NCBI RefSeq assembly: GCF_036321535.1
Contig: NC_087436.1
Span: 111,478,001 to 111,542,000 of the forward strand
DNA: 64,000 nucleotides
Direction of reading: 5' to 3'
Source of the DNA: Camelus dromedarius
Taxonomy: Eukaryota
Positions 11,671 to 23,185 of the stretch are shown piece by piece. Made by a program: the position numbers and the translations under genes. Below the pieces are notes generated by a model. That model ran no database searches. It had not been told where the DNA came from and was given only the letters and a program-made list of their open reading frames with translations. How positions within the stretch are numbered: the first letter of the stretch is position 1; each line of letters starts with the position of its first letter.

Positions 11671-11899
11671 ACTCCTTATATGTTTCCATGCTCTGAAACA
11701 GCTGAAACAAGGTTTAGCACTTTTCTTGCAAAACAATGTTATAGAACAGGCTTGATGGCTGATTTGTCCTATATCTTTGCCTTTATTTCTCACTCTTTCT
11801 TAATTATTAACCTATTCTTGAGTCAAATTTGTTCATTTATATATTTTTAGAAACTCATACATTCCACCTATATGAAAGTTGAATTTGTACTCTTATTAT

Positions 11900-12115
11900 A
11901 ATAGCGAACCTTTACACATTGCCAGCTATGGTACCAGGCATAGTGTTAAGTACTTTTATATATAGGGCACTTAATCCTCCTTGAAGTTAGTACTATTATT
12001 GTAAACTTTTTACAGATGGGAAAATTGAGGCCCGGAGGAGAGATTTAGTACCTTGCCTACCAAGTGATGGAACTGGGATTCAAACTCAAGTAATCTGGTT
12101 TCAGAGACTATTGCA
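11900..12115 (-). mobile_element. MIR SINE
   Basis: 'ttttacagatgggaaaattgaggccc...ggaactgggattcaaactcaag'. Confidence 0.8.
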
Positions 12116-13500
12116 TTTTTTTAATCCCTCTATATCTGTAGCTATGCCTGTCTTCTCTTTCCTAAGAGTTTGTTTCTGCCTTCTTTTTTTCTTTTAATAA
12201 TTAAATGTGCTAAAGGATTGCCATTTTTGATATTGTCACTTTTATTTCTTCATCCAAGGGACCAGTTTTCATTTTATTGATTGACTATTTAAAAAATTTT
12301 ATTTTATACTTACAGTTTCTTTTACATTTGCTTCATTTATATTTTTATATATTATTCCTTTCTTCCCTGTTTTCTATATTTATTTTTTGTTTTTTAATTT
12401 CTTGAGTCGAATGCTTATATAATTTAACCCAATAAACACATCAAAGACCTCTAAATACCGCCGAGGCTGTGTCTCAAAGATTTTGCTGTATGTTGTCACT
12501 TGTGTTAATTTTGAAAGAATCTGTAATTTTGGTTTTTGATTTCTGCTTTTACTTGGAAGTATTTAAGAGAGCTCTTTAAAATTTCTAAGTCATGATTTTT
12601 GGGGATTGGATGACGCTCGTTATCTTTTGTTGTAAGTTTCTAATGCCACTGGATTGTGGAATAATCTCTATTTTTGCAGCCCAGCGGGGATTTTGTGTGC
12701 CGCCTTTATTTGTAAATGTTTCATGAATGCTTAAAAAATGTATTTTCTCTGTTACGTACAATTTTTTATATAGCTGTTTGCTTAAACTTGTTATTTGTGA
12801 AATAAAAGCCTCTACTTCCATATTGAAAACACAATCATTTTCTAAGAAATGTCTATTAATCCATCCCACTATGATGGATTAGCCCAGTTCTGCTTGCTCT
12901 TCTAACAATTTTTGCGTATATTTTGAAACAATTATGTTAAGCGCTGTTGTAGGTATTTGGTGAATTTTATTTTTTATCAACTTAAAAATTTTGATGTCTA
13001 AATGCTCCACCCTTTAAATTTTATCTCACTTTAATATCATGACACTGTCTTCTTTTGAGAAGCTCACATTGGAAAATTGCAGCTAGCATTTGCCTGATTT
13101 ATCTTTTTCCGTCATTTTATTTTTAAATTTCCAAGGTCTTATTTTAATGTGATTCCAGCAAAAAAAAAAAAAAAAAAAAAATACAGACAATGTTTATTTG
13201 TCTATTTGGTTTGTTTGGTTTCCGTGACCAATCTGGGAGTTTCTGTGTGGTGAATGTAACCCAGATATATTTGTTGTGATTAGTGATATGGTTGAATTTA
13301 TTCTTGCTGTCTTATTTTCTGTTTTCTTAGTTCCTTTTTCTTTCTTTCCTTTGTTGAATTTATAACGCTCTTTGTTATACTTTTTTCTCTCAGTTTTTGG
13401 AACATGTGTATGCTATTTACATTATTCTAGTATATCCTCTTAATTATTGATGTGCACTTAAAACAAATTTAAAAATCAGTATCTAGAATTATTCTCAATG
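12115..13500 (-). mobile_element. highly decayed old L1M fragments
   Basis: Strongly T-rich antisense L1-like text. The minus-strand ORF 12585-12869 contains 'IHFLSIHETFTNK', reminiscent of the ORF2 endonuclease region. Confidence 0.55.
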
Positions 13501-15099
13501 TCCTTAATCTTGTACCTTATTCAATCATCTAAATTTCTTATCATATTGCTGTGGTTCCCTGTCTCTTGCATTTAATGGAGCAGTAATATTTCTGAAAAAT
13601 AAATTGTGGACCTTTATAGGGTTGTCAAATTTTATTTTGTTAAATAAGGACATTAAAAAAAAAAAAAAAAACAGCCAACCCTACCTGTCATCTGCCATCT
13701 CCTGTTGCCAACATTTCATAACAGGATGTTTTAATGCCAACAAATTATTAGTGTTTTAGAAAACACTGTCCTTGTTTTTCTTTTTAAATTGTGGATCAGT
13801 GAAAATTCTACCACAGCCTGATACTGAAATGAGGACTGGCTTTTGGGAGTCGTTGTTTTACAACTAATTTTTTTCAGCCTCTTTTCCCCTCCCCCACTTC
13901 CCACTGTTTCTTGAATATTCCAAACCCTCCTCCATCCTTTCTGCTTTCCTTCCTTTTCTCCATCCCTTTCTTTAATTCTTTCTGGCTCTATGCATTTGCA
14001 CATAATTTTTAGCTCTTCCTGAAATGCCTTTCTTCTGCTCTTGTACACAGAAGTGATGGTTTACATGAGGGTTAGATTTTTGAAGAATTTACATAATTCA
14101 AAACTAACATAATTAAAGATTAATTTTCTTGCAGATCTGACAAAAGTATTTCTGATGGTGGGTATTTCTGTTTACCAGCTCAAATGCTAGTAGTGTAAAC
14201 ATTGTCTACAATTCATTTGGTATAATAACAGTGAAAATAAACAATTCCTGATGAATTAAACGATGGTTTGGGAATTGCACAATTTTGAATTTTGTGCATA
14301 AAATGGCATTTTATTAATATTTTTATATCACACAGTTTCAGATTAATTCAATGTTGCATAAATATGCAGTCACCCTCTATTATACTCACTTCTCTGATTT
14401 CTCATTAGTGCTTGATTATATCTGTGATATAATCGGAATATTTGCATCAGGAAGCTTCACTCATTCTCCTCAAGAGAGGAGATGCTATTCTGGTTTCACA
14501 GAGCCTGAGCCTTGACTGGGCAAAGTGACTGTTTAATAAGAGTACGGTACCTTACAGGGAGGTGGCACTATATCCATTATGTCCAGTTTTCCCGGGTTAG
14601 CCTTGGTTAATTACATTAGCCACCATGTAGTCACAGTCAGGACTCACCAGCAGCGGGATCCCCTGTGCATCCCATTTCCAGGTGCCTGCTTCCTCTTTTG
14701 GTTCTGCCTTGCTCCCTGCACATGACAGGATAAGGCAGGGAGGCTCAGTCCCACAGGCCTTGCCATCTTAGATTTGGGACAAGAGATAACTGGCTTCTTT
14801 GAATCTTGAGTCTTTTCATATATTCCAATCCAGTATTCACTTGAGCATGAGGCATTAGGCATTTCCAGCTGCTCTGTCTTCTATTAATGTTGTGCTTTGT
14901 TTCGTCCTGGTGGCCTGTGTATGCAGACAAACCTTGGAGTTGTTGTGGGTTCAGTTCCAAACCACTACAATAAAGCAAATATCATAGCAAAGTGAGTCAC
15001 ATGAATTTTTTGATTTCCTAGAGCATGTAGAAGTTGTGTTTACACTATACGGTAATCTATGAAGTGTGCAATAGTATTACGTCTAAAAAATAACGTGTA

Positions 15100-15212
15100 A
15101 GTTGTCTATATATATATATTTTCAGATTCTTTTCCATTAAAACTCATTACAAGAAATTGAATATAGTTTCCTGTGCTATACAGTAGGTCCTTGTTGTTTA
15201 TCTGTTTTATTA
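15100..15212 (-). mobile_element. Short L1 3'UTR fragment inserted in Tigger1
   Basis: 'tatattttcagattcttttcc...ttgaatatagtttcctgtgctatacagtaggtccttgttgtttatctgtttta' matches the L1 3'UTRs at ~6545-6640 and, reverse-complemented, ~54200-54300. Confidence 0.85.
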
Positions 15213-15425
15213 AACGTTTTAATTAAAAAGTACTTTATTGCTAAAAAAAGCTAATCGTCCTCTGGGTCTTCAGCAACTTGTAATCTTTTGGCTCATGGAG
15301 AGTCTTGCCTCAGTGTTGATGGCTACTGACTGATCATTGTGATGGTTGCTGAAGATTGGGGTGTCTGTGGAAATTTCTTCAAATAAGACAGCAATGAAGT
15401 TTGCTGCATTAATTGACTCTTCCTT

Positions 15426-16943
15426 TCATGAATGATTTCTCTGTAGTGTGCAATAGTGTTTATAGTGTTTTACCCACAGTAGAACATTTAAAATTGGAGT
15501 CAATTCTCTCAAAACCTGACACTGCTTATCAACTAAGTTTATGTAATATTCTAAATCTTTTATTGTCATTTCAACAGTCTTCACAGCATCTTCACCAGGA
15601 GTAGATTCCATCTCAAGAAACCACTTTCCTTGCTCATCAGTAAGAAGTAACTCTTCATCTGTTGAAGTTTTATCACAAGATTGCAGCAATTCAGTCATAT
15701 CTAATTCTAGCTCACTTGCTACTTCCACCACATGTGCAGTTACTTCCTGAAGTCTTGAACCCCTCAAAGTCATCCACGAGGGTTGGAATCAACTTCTTCC
15801 AAACTCCCATTAATGTCGGTAGTTTGACTTCTTCCCATGAATTATGAATATTCTTAGTGGCATCTAGATGAGTGAATCCTTTCCAGAAGGTTTTAAATTC
15901 ACTTTGCCCAGATCCATCAGAAGAGTCACTATTTACAGCAGCTATAGCCTTATGAAATGTATTTCTTACATGATAAGACTTGGAAGTCAAAATGATGCCT
16001 TGTGTTAGCAGGCATGAAAACAACATGAATCTTACTGTCCATCTCCATCAGAGCACTTGGGTGACCAGGTGTATTGTCAATGAGCAGCAATAGTTTGAAA
16101 GGAATCTCTTTTTCTAAGGAGTGGTTCTCAAAGGTGGGCTCAAAATACTCAGTAAACTATGTGATAAACAGATGTGCTGTCATCCAGGCTTTGTTGTTTC
16201 ATCTATAGAACACAGTCAGTGTGGCATTAGCGTAATTCTTAAGGGCCCTAGGATTTTCATAATGGTAAATGAGCATTGGCTTCAACTTCAAGTCACCAGC
16301 TACATTAGAGAGTTAGCTTGTCCTTTGCAGGTTTGAAGCCAGGCATTAACTTTCCTCTAGTTATGAAAGTCCTACTTGGCATCTTCTTCCAACATGAGGC
16401 TGTTTGCGTACATCGAGAATCTGTTGTTTAATGTAGCCACCTTCATGAATGACATTGGCTAGCTCTTCTGGACAACTTGCTGCAGCTTCTCCATCAGCAC
16501 CTTTATGTTATGGAGATGGTTTCTTTCCTTATCTGTCATGAACCAACCTCTGCAAGCTTCAGACGCTTCTTCTGCAGCTTCCTCACCTCTCTCAGCCTTC
16601 ACAGAATTGAAGAGAGTTAGGGCCTTGCTGTGGATTGGGCTTTGGTTTAAGGGAATGTTGTAGCTGTTTGAGCTTTTATCCAGACCACTCCAACTTTATT
16701 CGTGTCAGCAACAAGGCTGTTTTGCTTTCTTATCACTCATGTGTTCCCTGGAGGAGCACTTTTAATTTCCTTTAAGAACTTCTCCTTTGCATTCACAAGT
16801 TGGCCGTTCGGTGGAAGAGGCCTTGGATTTGGCCACCTCAGCATTCGACATCTCAGCTTCCTCACTAAATTTAATCCTTCTAGCTTTTGGTTTAAAAGGA
16901 GAGACATGTGACTCTTCCTTTCACTTGAACACTTAGAGGTCAT
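15426..16943 (-). pseudogene. Disrupted Tigger1 transposase (TIGD1-like, frameshifted)
   Basis: ATG at 16943 gives MTSKCSSERKSHMSLLLNQKLE...VNAKEKFLKEIKSA. Further frames give [31 protein letters not shown]...[18 protein letters not shown] and [57 protein letters not shown]. The peptide is split across frames. Confidence 0.9.
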
Positions 16944-17769
16944 TATAGGGTATTTGATTGATCTAATATCAATATTGTTGCGTCTCAGGGAATAGGGAGG
17001 CCCCAGGAGTGGGAGGGAAACGTGGACCAGCCAGTGGGTGGAGCTGTCAGAACACGCACAACACTTATCAATCAAGTTCGCCGTCTCCTGTGAGCATGGT
17101 TCATGGTGCCCCCAAACAATTACAATAGTAACAACGCAGATCACTGATCACAGGTCACCATAACAAATAAAATAATGACAAAAATTTGTAAATATTATAA
17201 GAATTACCAAAATGTGATACAGAGACATCAATTGAGCAAATGCTGTTGGAAAAATGGCACTGATAGACTTGATCCAGGCAAAGTTGCCACATACCTTCAA
17301 TTTGTTTAAAAAAAAAAGCAGTATCTGCAGAATGCGGTAAAGCCAAGTGCATTAAACAGGGTATCCCTGTGCAGCTCCCTCTGCGGGGAGCGGGCGGTGT
17401 GAGTGTGGAGCCATCAACAGTCCTCTCCCTCTTCCTAACAGGCTTGTGCAGTGTGTTGTGGTCGGGTGCGAGGTAACGTAGTCCTGCCCCCCCACCTCCG
17501 GCGAAGGTCCTGGTGCTCAGGGTCTGTATCTTATTTATATTTTAGGCTCAGTCCCCGAAGGCTCTGATGTTTAACATCTCTGATTAAATGAAACTGCCTC
17601 CCTGTTAAACTATTCCCTCTGAATAGACAAATCTTCCTTCTGGCTAAATGAAATATCTTACCTGCTGTATATTAAGTGTAATTTCCTCCTCCGTGTGCAT
17701 GGGGACCGTCTGGCAGATGCCACTTATTGTGACTCTTCTGGTACCTGAAGGCAGATATTGTTACCCTCA

Positions 17770-18250
17770 AATTCTATTTCTCTGGATTAAAAAGCCACAA
17801 TACATCCAATATTTCCCCACTGTGACTCTGTGATCCAACAGTTGAATCATTTTGTTCTTCCTTGGACCTTCTCCAGTTCCTTCTCATCCCTCTTCAGATG
17901 TGGAGGCCAGAAATGCAAGCCAAGTCTAGAGGAGGGATTCCTCGCTGGCACGTTTACATCCTTATCTCTCAGCTCAGCCCTGATCATCTTCATTCTAGAC
18001 ACGCTTCTGGCTCATTCCATTTGCTGCCCACTGTGGTCCCATGGGCTTTTATCCTCTTTCTATTTCTTTGCAGTTCATTGACCCTCTTGTATCTGTGGGT
18101 TTTCTTCGTTTTGGTTATAGGCTAATATCTTCTACTTAAAGCCTATTTCTTGGCATCCTTTGATTTTGTGGCTTGTTAAATTCAAAGTCTACTTGACAAA
18201 TTATACTGTGGAATTTTAGCAAGTCTGCCCAACTCTTCATGAACTCTGTT
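17770..18250 (-). mobile_element. L3/CR1 LINE fragment
   Basis: 'tcattttgttcttccttggaccttctccagttccttctcatccctcttcagatgtggaggccagaaatg' resembles the antisense CR1/L3 RT C-terminal region. Confidence 0.55.
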
Positions 18251-18305
18251 GACTGCTGCTAGTAACTGATTGTTATATATTTGTTTGAGACTTTACTCAA
18301 GGGAT

Positions 18306-18501
18306 GCACTATCTGATACAGTAGCCACTAGCCACATGGGACTACTTCAAATTAAATTACTAAGGTTAAATAAAATTTAAAATTCAGTTTCTCTAGCCAC
18401 ATTTCAAGTGCCCAGTAATCACACGGGGCTGGGAGCCACCACAGCAGAGAGCACAGAAATAGAAGACTTCTCTTACGTAGAAAGTTCTGTCGAATGATGC
18501 T
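18306..18501 (-). mobile_element. MER3 (hAT-Charlie MITE)
   Basis: 'tagccactagccacatg', 'tagccacatttcaagtgc' and a terminal 'gaaagttctgtcgaatgatgctg'. Confidence 0.85.
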
Positions 18502-20295
18502 GATCCAGCGTGTTTTCCAGCTTGAAGAATCGTTCTGGTGAAGCAACGTGGCCATGTCGATGACCTCAAATCATAGACTTATAGATACTCTAGGCCCATA
18601 ATTCTCAGTATTTTTACTTCTGAGAACTTCCATATTTACTTTTCCATTTCAACAGCTGTGTCTTGCAGGGTTCTCAGTAGATCAAAGATAATATCTTCCC
18701 CCTACTTGTTAAATCAAAGCATAAACAAATGTAATGTCATCTGTTAGGAGGCAAATATGACTACATGGAGCTGATATAATTCTAGCTGAAATTTAAAAAA
18801 AAAAAGAGTATGATTTTTCAGGTTTCGTGGTCTTATCACAGGTACAGGTATATTTACATTTCAGTCTTGAATTTCCAAAAGGGCTTTCAGATCCTTATTA
18901 TCCTCCCTCCTTCTAATTCTTTAAACCAGCCTGATGCAGATCCACAGCCCTGGATGGTGAGCTCCCGTCTGACTGCAGCCACCTCTCTGACTGGTTCCCC
19001 TCTCGCTGGTGTTTCATCTTCTCTTGCCCTCACCTGGTTTCTGTCAGTGGTCTCGAGTGGAGCGCTTTCATTCTAGGGGTCATGCAGTATTAGAAACTTT
19101 ATATTTATTTATTTTTTCATTGGTTTAAATTTTCTGCTTTTTTGTGTATATTATGTAATGATTTTAACCTAGTAGTACAGTGCTACACATACGTAGTTTG
19201 CATACAGTGCAGGTGTATATGGGGCTCAAAATTCTTTTTAACGACAGCGCACAATCCAAGAGCATCCAGCTTCTGCTGACCATCACTCTGTCTTGGCTCT
19301 GCAATTTGGACTCTTATTCTGCTGGTGTTCTTCCGGTCGTAACATTTGCATTTGTGCCTTTCCCTAAGCAGTGTCAGCCCCTTGCCCTACCTGTATCCCT
19401 GTGGACTCCAACCCCAGATTGTGGCCTCTTGATCAGCATCCTGAGAAAACAGCTGCAAGAGCCCTACTTCTTTTAGCAGAAACGCAACTTGGAGACCCTT
19501 TCTGACCTTTGTGAAAGCCTCAGCAGCCCAGGGATTCTAGGCTGGAAAACTTTGGTTTTATTCAACTACATTTTTTTTTCCTTTTTGTTCCCTGAGTTGT
19601 AAGACAAATTTCATTCAAAATTTAATAAAAGGTTCAAGGTCCAACCAAATATTGCTAGAAAGTTGACATATAATTTTAATTTTGTTGAGTCTGTCATGGT
19701 TTCCTTTGTCCAGGCCACTCCTGCTCCCAGAGCTTCGCCCACCATATATACAAAGGGTGGCCTTTCGCCAAGTCTCTGTCGTTGGGCTCACCCACGAACC
19801 CCTCACCTGGAGCTATTTTGTGGACTTCATTTCATCCCACACATGGTTGACTCTTCATCTGCCCTCCTTGCTCAGTTCTTGTTCCAGTCTTTGTTATATC
19901 TATTTAGTGTTTCAAGGTCTTGTCTCCCTGGCTCTAACCTGACTTCTCTTGACAATGATCTGGACCTGCTCCTGAGGCGTTTGGTAGGACTTTCTTGGGG
20001 ATGAATTGCTCAGGTCTTCATACACCTCCCTGGTTGTTAGTCTCGCCTCACTTATCCCAGTCCTTTGGGTGATGTACAGTATTTTCTCCAGCCTCTTGCC
20101 TTCATTTTTATTAGATTTTCTCAGATCATTTCATTTATGAGCTGGAAGAGACCTCAGAGTCTCTTACCTAGTTTATTTTCTCAAAACATAAATTTAACAA
20201 AAGGACTCGCTCCAAGTTGTACATTGAACTAAAAGAGAGCCAACCTAGGGCTTGAGTTCTCCTGATCTTTCTCCTGGGTGTCTTTTAGCTTAATC

Positions 20296-20545
20296 AACAT
20301 TCCCAAAATATTCTTGCTAAAAAATGTTCTCTGGTCAAATCAATTTAGGTAACAGTGGGTTAACCAAATTTAAATAGGTTTCTTCACTGCAAGAGTTTTT
20401 TTGAGCTTTTAAGATGGAGATTCTTAATATGAAACTCAGAGGTGGGTGGGGGTGCACTGTATTCAAAAATTCCCAACTTACTTGAAAACAGAACTCTATT
20501 CACTCAGAATTATGCTAGTGTTCCTTAGAACACTCAGTAGATGTG
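20296..20545. mobile_element. MER103C-like hAT element
   Basis: 'ggtcaaatcaatttaggtaacagtgggttaacc...ggtttcttcactgcaag', 'ttcccaacttacttga' and 'ctagtgttccttagaacac'. Confidence 0.6.
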
Positions 20546-21098
20546 ATGATATCATTTCTTCATGGCCACAGGTCCTTGAATATTTTCATGGGTAATTAAG
20601 TACCCCTCAAATATACATTTTTTCTTTTACCCACCACAGATCCTTTTAAATAACAGGCTACATGATTCTTGAACCATATTTACTAGATGAGGTCAAAGTG
20701 CAAGGTGCTAAAAGCAGATGGTCTCATTCAGCTTCACATCCCCCCGACCCCTGCCCAGGAGAATATGTGTAGGAGTTTTGGCATTCTACTCTGTGTTTAA
20801 GTTGGATCCCTATTTGTCAAACCTTTAGATCTGGTTTATGAATGTCAAGGTTAAATGGAGGTGAAACCAAATAGTTCTAGGAAAGCCAAGAGGCGAACGC
20901 TTGTAGTTAATCCAGACTTGTTCTCAGGGAATTCAGCCTTTCCGGAATTAGCACCCAGACATTGTTATTAGCACATTGACACCCAATCACCCATGTGCAT
21001 TAGCCAAATTGACTGTGTTGATTAAAGATACAAATTATGTAATATGTTTAAATATCAAAATAAGATGGATTTAGTTTGACAGGAGAGCATTGCGTTGC

Positions 21099-21121
21099 TG
21101 TGTGTGTGTGTGTGTGTGTGT
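21099..21121. repeat. (TG)11 microsatellite
   Basis: Read directly from the sequence. Confidence 0.95.
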
Positions 21122-21969
21122 CTGACAGAGGCCATGAGAAACAACAGAGGCATGATAAGTTACCTCCAAAATCTCTATTTTGCAATTTTTTAAGAAGCAG
21201 TTTCTGGCAAAAATCTATTTTCCACTCTCTGCCTGGTATTACAAGGAGATTATTTTAAAGAATTAGTGTGACTATACTGTGAAAATCCTAGTAAGTGTGA
21301 AATCAGCTAAGAAATCAAATAAATTAAACATTATACTTGCCAAGTGAGACGTTGTAGTCTACTGATAAGTATTATAAATCTTCAGCTTCTGTGTCGTTCA
21401 TGACAGAACCTGTGATTCTAGCTGGAACCATGTCACTTTAAGGAACGCTCTCATTTCATAAGGAGGTGTCTTTAATGGAACTAATAAATTGTTTATCACC
21501 TTTCAAAACATAGCCACACACAGGAATGATCATTGGGCAGAGGAAGGAGTCAGTTATAAAGGGTTCTGTAAGGTAGCAGAGTTATTTTTTATCGTTCATA
21601 AATTTCACAAAAAAGGGTGTAAGAGGGGCGAGATTATCTGCATTTAGAAGAACATAAAAATGAGAGTGAGGTATTCTACTGAATGTTTAGATGTAGTTAC
21701 TGCAGCCTGTATCCCTGCATCTCTTAGGTTTTATCCTCGTAGGCTGCCAAGATAAGCTCTCTACCCTTAAGCTTCATCAGATATTCACTCAGGGCATTGA
21801 AAAGGAGTTGCCTTCCAGTATCCCTGGAACCATTTATGTGTAATTACTTGCTACAGGAGAGACGAGCAAAGTCCTCATACGTCCAGTCCTTAAAGTCTCT
21901 GATATTTGCTCTAAGGAAAAAAATGCATATACAATAATTAGTTTTCCTCGACCGTTTCCCCTTATTTTG

Positions 21970-22135
21970 CCATGGAATTTCATTGCACACCATGGACTGT
22001 AAGATGCACCATTGTTTTAGGTACCACTAAGAAAGAAAGATGTTTCTGCTTAAACTATGACACACCATTGTTTATAAGATGCATCATTGAGATGTTAAAA
22101 TTTGAGAAAATGTATTATCATCAATGAAATATGAG
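21970..22135 (-). mobile_element. MER104 (TcMar-Tc2 MITE)
   Basis: 'tgtaagatgcaccattgttttaggtaccactaagaaagaaa...taaactatgacacaccat...gagatgttaaaat...atgaaatatg'. Confidence 0.75.
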
Positions 22136-22409
22136 TCTTAATTTCTGGACCCATGTAGAAGGCTTTGTGCTCTGTAATATTTCCAGTGGAATTTGGAGTT
22201 AGCTGGCCACCGTGATATCATGGTTAGTGATAAGTGTTAGAGGGTTTAACTTTTATTTGTAATTACCTAAGTATTTGAATCTTTTATAATTATTTAACTT
22301 TTCATCCACTTATCTTCCTAATTGGATTGTAAGATTTTTAAAATTAGTTCTTTCACTCTTGCCCATAGTAGTGACTCTTTGAAATAGCAGATATTAGTAG
22401 GCATTCCAA

Positions 22410-22880
22410 TTTATTCATTTGTCCATTCATTCGACAAAAGCATGTCCATATTGAACACCTACTAAGTGCCAAGTCATGTGCCAGGTAGAGGAAGCCAGTG
22501 AACATGGCCCAGGTTGTCTTTTCAAGGATCTCACTCGACAATAGGAGAGGAAACAAATATACCATCATAATACAGAACATCAAGTGATGTCACGTAGGGT
22601 CCAGGGGCGCATGGGAGCAGAGAGAGGGCCACATAATTGAGCCTGGGGTCAAGGAAGGCTTCCTGGAGGCAGTGAGGTGAGCCATGTTGAGGGTGGCTGT
22701 GGGTGTCAGTGTTCCAAGCAGAAGCACAGCAGGTGCAAAGGGCAAAGATAAGGAGAAGATGGAGAGTTTATGAAACTGAAAGAGGCTTCGTGAGGGTGGA
22801 GCACAGACTTGAGAAGGGAGTGGGGAGGTAGGAAGTAAGGTTGGACATGTAAGTAGGGATCAGATCATGAGGATCTTAGC
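22410..22880 (-). mobile_element. L2 LINE 3' fragment
   Basis: 'cattcattcgacaaaagc...attgaacacctactaagtgccaag' followed by 'aggaaggcttcctggagg'. Confidence 0.75.
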
Positions 22881-22959
22881 TCTTTAATAATTTACTGTCA
22901 CTTGTATTGTCAGTTGGTCAATCAACATGCATTTAGCTTCTTTCATGTTGTAGAAAAAG

Positions 22960-23185
22960 AAAGAATCATGACAGCAAATACTTACATAGCACCAAACACT
23001 GTTCCAAGTGCTTTGGATAAATCAAGCCATTTAGTATTCACAACAACCTATAAGGCGAGTGTTCCTGTCATCCCATCTTTCAGATATGAAAACCGAGGAA
23101 CAGAGTGGTTGAGCAAGTTGCCTGAAATCCTACCACTGTGTCAAACCCACACAGTCTGCCTCCACAATCGGCACACTTAATGCCA
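22960..23185 (-). mobile_element. MIR SINE
   Basis: 'cacaacaacctataaggcgag...cagatatgaaaaccgaggaacagagtggttgagcaagttgcc'. Confidence 0.8.

Larger units (their letters stand above)
14924..17369 (-). mobile_element. Full-length Tigger1 (TcMar-Tigger, pogo-like) DNA transposon
   Basis: About 2.45 kb, with degenerate TIRs 'cagacaaaccttggag' (left) and 'aaacagggtatccctg' (right) and transposase remnants on the minus strand. Confidence 0.95.

Noticed and set aside
14165..14215. Possible miR-30-like hairpin (tgtaaacat)
   Set aside because: The match stops after 9 nt (miR-30 continues TGTAAACATCC), and only 7-bp arms pair, too short for a pre-miRNA.
15426..17144. Possible domesticated TIGD1-like gene
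   Set aside because: The transposase is split across frames with stops and deletions inside a TIR-bounded Tigger1, so it is a decayed transposon.
19075..19260. Possible hAT/Charlie fragment
   Set aside because: The resemblance is too weak to name a family or define termini by eye.
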